Assembly: GCA_038087875.1 (NCBI GenBank)
Contig: CM075987.1
Coordinates: forward strand, 22,322,001-22,386,000
DNA length: 64,000 bases
Direction: 5' to 3'
Origin: Malacoraja senta
Lineage: Eukaryota
Below the pieces are notes generated by a model. It did not search any database. It was not told where the DNA came from and was given only the letters and a program-made list of their open reading frames with translations. Each line of letters starts with the position of its first letter. The stretch's first letter is position 1. Shown here one piece after another: positions 61,655 through 64,000 of the stretch. The position numbers were made by a program, and so were the translations under genes.

Positions 61655-62285
61655 TCTTGGAGTCATAGAGTTACACAGCACAGATTTAGGCCCTACATCC
61701 ATACTGACCTTTCTGCCCATCTACACCAATTCCATTTCAACACATTAGGTCCATAACCTTCCATGCCTTGTCTGTTTAAGTGCCTGGCTAAGTATCTAAC
61801 TCCAACTCCTCTGGCAACAAGTTCCAGATATCTAAAACTTTCCCTTTAAATCCCCTTCGAACCTCCTCTCCCTCACCTTAAACCTATGCCAAACTCAAAT
61901 TGATACCCCTACCATGGGAAACTATTCTGACTGCCTACCCTACCTATGCATCTTACAACCTTATAAACCTCTATCAAGTCACCCCTGAAGGAAAACTGTC
62001 CCAGCCTGTCCAATCTCCCCATAACTAACCCCTTCCAGTTCTGGAAATATTATGTTGAATCTCCTCGTCACTGTCTAGATTCTAGAACAACCACATCCTT
62101 CCTATAGTGTGGTGACAAGAAATCCACATAATGCTCCAAATGCAGTTTAGCCAGTGTTTTATAGAATTGCGACATTATGTCTCAATTTCTATACTCTGTA
62201 CCCTGACATACGAAAGCAAGCCTGCCATATGTATCCATCCTCTTAACCAGTGTTGCCACTTTCAGGGAACTGGGAACTTGAATCC
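61655..62285 (-). mobile_element. Old CR1 fragment
   Basis: Degraded LAKLHLEHYVDFLSPHYRKDV and CR1 3' UTR. Confidence 0.7.
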
Positions 62286-62288
62286 AAG

Positions 62289-62615
62289 GTCGGCACAGTG
62301 GCGCAGCGGTAGAGTTGCTGCCTTACAGCTAATGCAGCGCCGGAGACCCGGGTTCAATCCCGACCACGGGTGCCATCTGTAAGGAGTTTGTACGTTCTCC
62401 CCGTGGGGTTTCCTCCGAGATCTTCGGTTTCCTCCCACGCTCCAAAGACGTGCAGGTTTGAAGGTCATTTGGCTTGTTTATAAGTGTTAATTGTCCCTAG
62501 TGTGTGTAGGATAGTGTTAATGTGTGGGGATCGCTGGTCGGCGCGGACTCGGTGGGACGAAGGGTCTGTTTCCGCGCTAAACTAAACTAACCTATCTTCA
62601 AGCTAAACTAAACTA
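62289..62615 (+). mobile_element. HE1-like SINE
   Basis: Full head/core/(CTAAA)n tail. Confidence 0.88.
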
Positions 62616-63135
62616 AAAATCTCTAGGAGAGGGAGAAACCCTGTAAGAGGGCGCACCTTCAGGGGAAGAGGAATAAAACCAGAAAGTAAAAGATGGTGTT
62701 TTGCTGAATGAGGGGAAAAAAGGAACAATTCAGTCAACCAGTCAAAGACATCTTTTACTGCCAGTACCCGGGTTTCTCACGAGAGGGACTAGCTGCTTAA
62801 TCACACGCAGATGGTCTGAGTTGTCACATTAGTTTCACTCGACCACTGGGCAATATTAAATGTTATTTTTTTATTCTAATCTTTAAAGTGTAGGTTAGGG
62901 GAGATGTTCTGTAATGTTCCATTCCCTGATCAAAAGGAAGCAGCTTTCAGAGGTTTGACAAAGGCCTGAGACAGAAGGGATGGAGGCAGAGCGGAGCCTG
63001 TAATCAGACGCTGTAACTCGATATACTGCTGCACACATCCCACCCCAGAGGGGATTTTCCATTACACAGACACAGCAGAATGTGAACACTCTCTCACTGC
63101 TTCCTGCTCCTCCCCTCCCCCTCCAACTCACAGAG

Positions 63136-63335
63136 NNNNNNNNNNNNNNNNNNNNNNNNNNNNNNNNNNNNNNNNNNNNNNNNNNNNNNNNNNNNNNNNN
63201 NNNNNNNNNNNNNNNNNNNNNNNNNNNNNNNNNNNNNNNNNNNNNNNNNNNNNNNNNNNNNNNNNNNNNNNNNNNNNNNNNNNNNNNNNNNNNNNNNNNN
63301 NNNNNNNNNNNNNNNNNNNNNNNNNNNNNNNNNNN
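63136..63335. other. Assembly gap (200 N)
   Basis: Run of N. Confidence 1.
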
Positions 63336-63625
63336 GGTCCAATTGTCACTCTATATTGTAATAGACTCCAACTTCCTGTATTCAACACTGCAAACTAGAA
63401 ACTGCCAGATCCCGCTACTCCCTTGGTGGCTGTGAACTAAAGCAATGGGCCCCTAGTCATCGGCTTGCTGGATACCACAGCATGGAATCCAAGTTATAGC
63501 TCTGATTCTTTTCTCCCTGGCGTCCTGACCATAGTTCAGGTTATGCACATCCAAATAGTCATTAAGTGGCTGTTAGCATAGGCAAAAGTAACATGTTATT
63601 TGACTGCAGTCAGATTTTAACAAAG

Positions 63626-63930
63626 GCACAGTGGCACAGCAAGTGGAGCTCTGCCTCAAAGTTTCAGTGACTAGGGTTCAATCCTGACCTCAGGTGCTAT
63701 CTATGTAGAGTTTTCACATTCTCTTGTGGGTGTGGGTTTCGTCCGGGTGGTCTGGTTTCATTCCATATCCCAAAGAAATGCAGGTTAATTGGCCACCACA
63801 AATTGTCTCGAGTGTGCAGGGCAGTTGATGGAAATGTGGGAAGATGTACAAAGGGATTAGTGTAGGATTAGTGTGAATGGGTGCTTGATGGTTGGTATGG
63901 ACATGTGGGCTGAAGGATCTGCTCTACAAA
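63626..63930 (+). mobile_element. Older HE1-like SINE
   Basis: GGCACAGTGGCACAGC..GGGTTCAATCCTGACCTCAGGTGCT. Confidence 0.75.
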
Positions 63931-64000
63931 TCTAATTATGCACTAAAAAGGTACCTCCTTTGTGCAGGTTCCTGATTTATTCAACTCCCCTCAATTCTTT

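Noticed and set aside
63082..63435. ORFs spanning the N run
   Set aside because: Assembly-gap artefacts.

Overview
Repeat-rich vertebrate genomic DNA, most likely from a cartilaginous fish (skate/ray; inferred from HE1-type tRNA SINEs, CR1 LINEs, DeuSINE relics and abundant Penelope-like ends). No complete protein-coding gene can be supported. Most of the window is retroelement debris (young and old CR1, Rex1/Babar, RTE, Tx1/L1, L2-like, Penelope-like elements with minimal hammerhead-ribozyme motifs, SINEs), plus DNA transposons (Harbinger-like MITE, non-autonomous Helitron, hAT-like elements). The standout is a 3.6-kb non-autonomous hAT-like element (32370-35999; 13-bp TIRs, perfect 8-bp TSD) that carries a 390-bp fragment of a copper amine oxidase (AOC2/AOC3-like) coding sequence, missed by the ORF track, and three nested TIR elements. 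This is a Pack-TIR-like gene-capture structure. Host-gene signals are limited to a CpG-island promoter (about 8850-9290; X-box, E-box, duplicated AP-1-like sites) bracketed by a 73-bp inverted duplication, and a candidate minus-strand first coding exon (6160-6408). There is a 200-N gap at 63136-63335. Boundaries of old repeats are approximate, and family names come from recognising motifs by eye, not from database searches.
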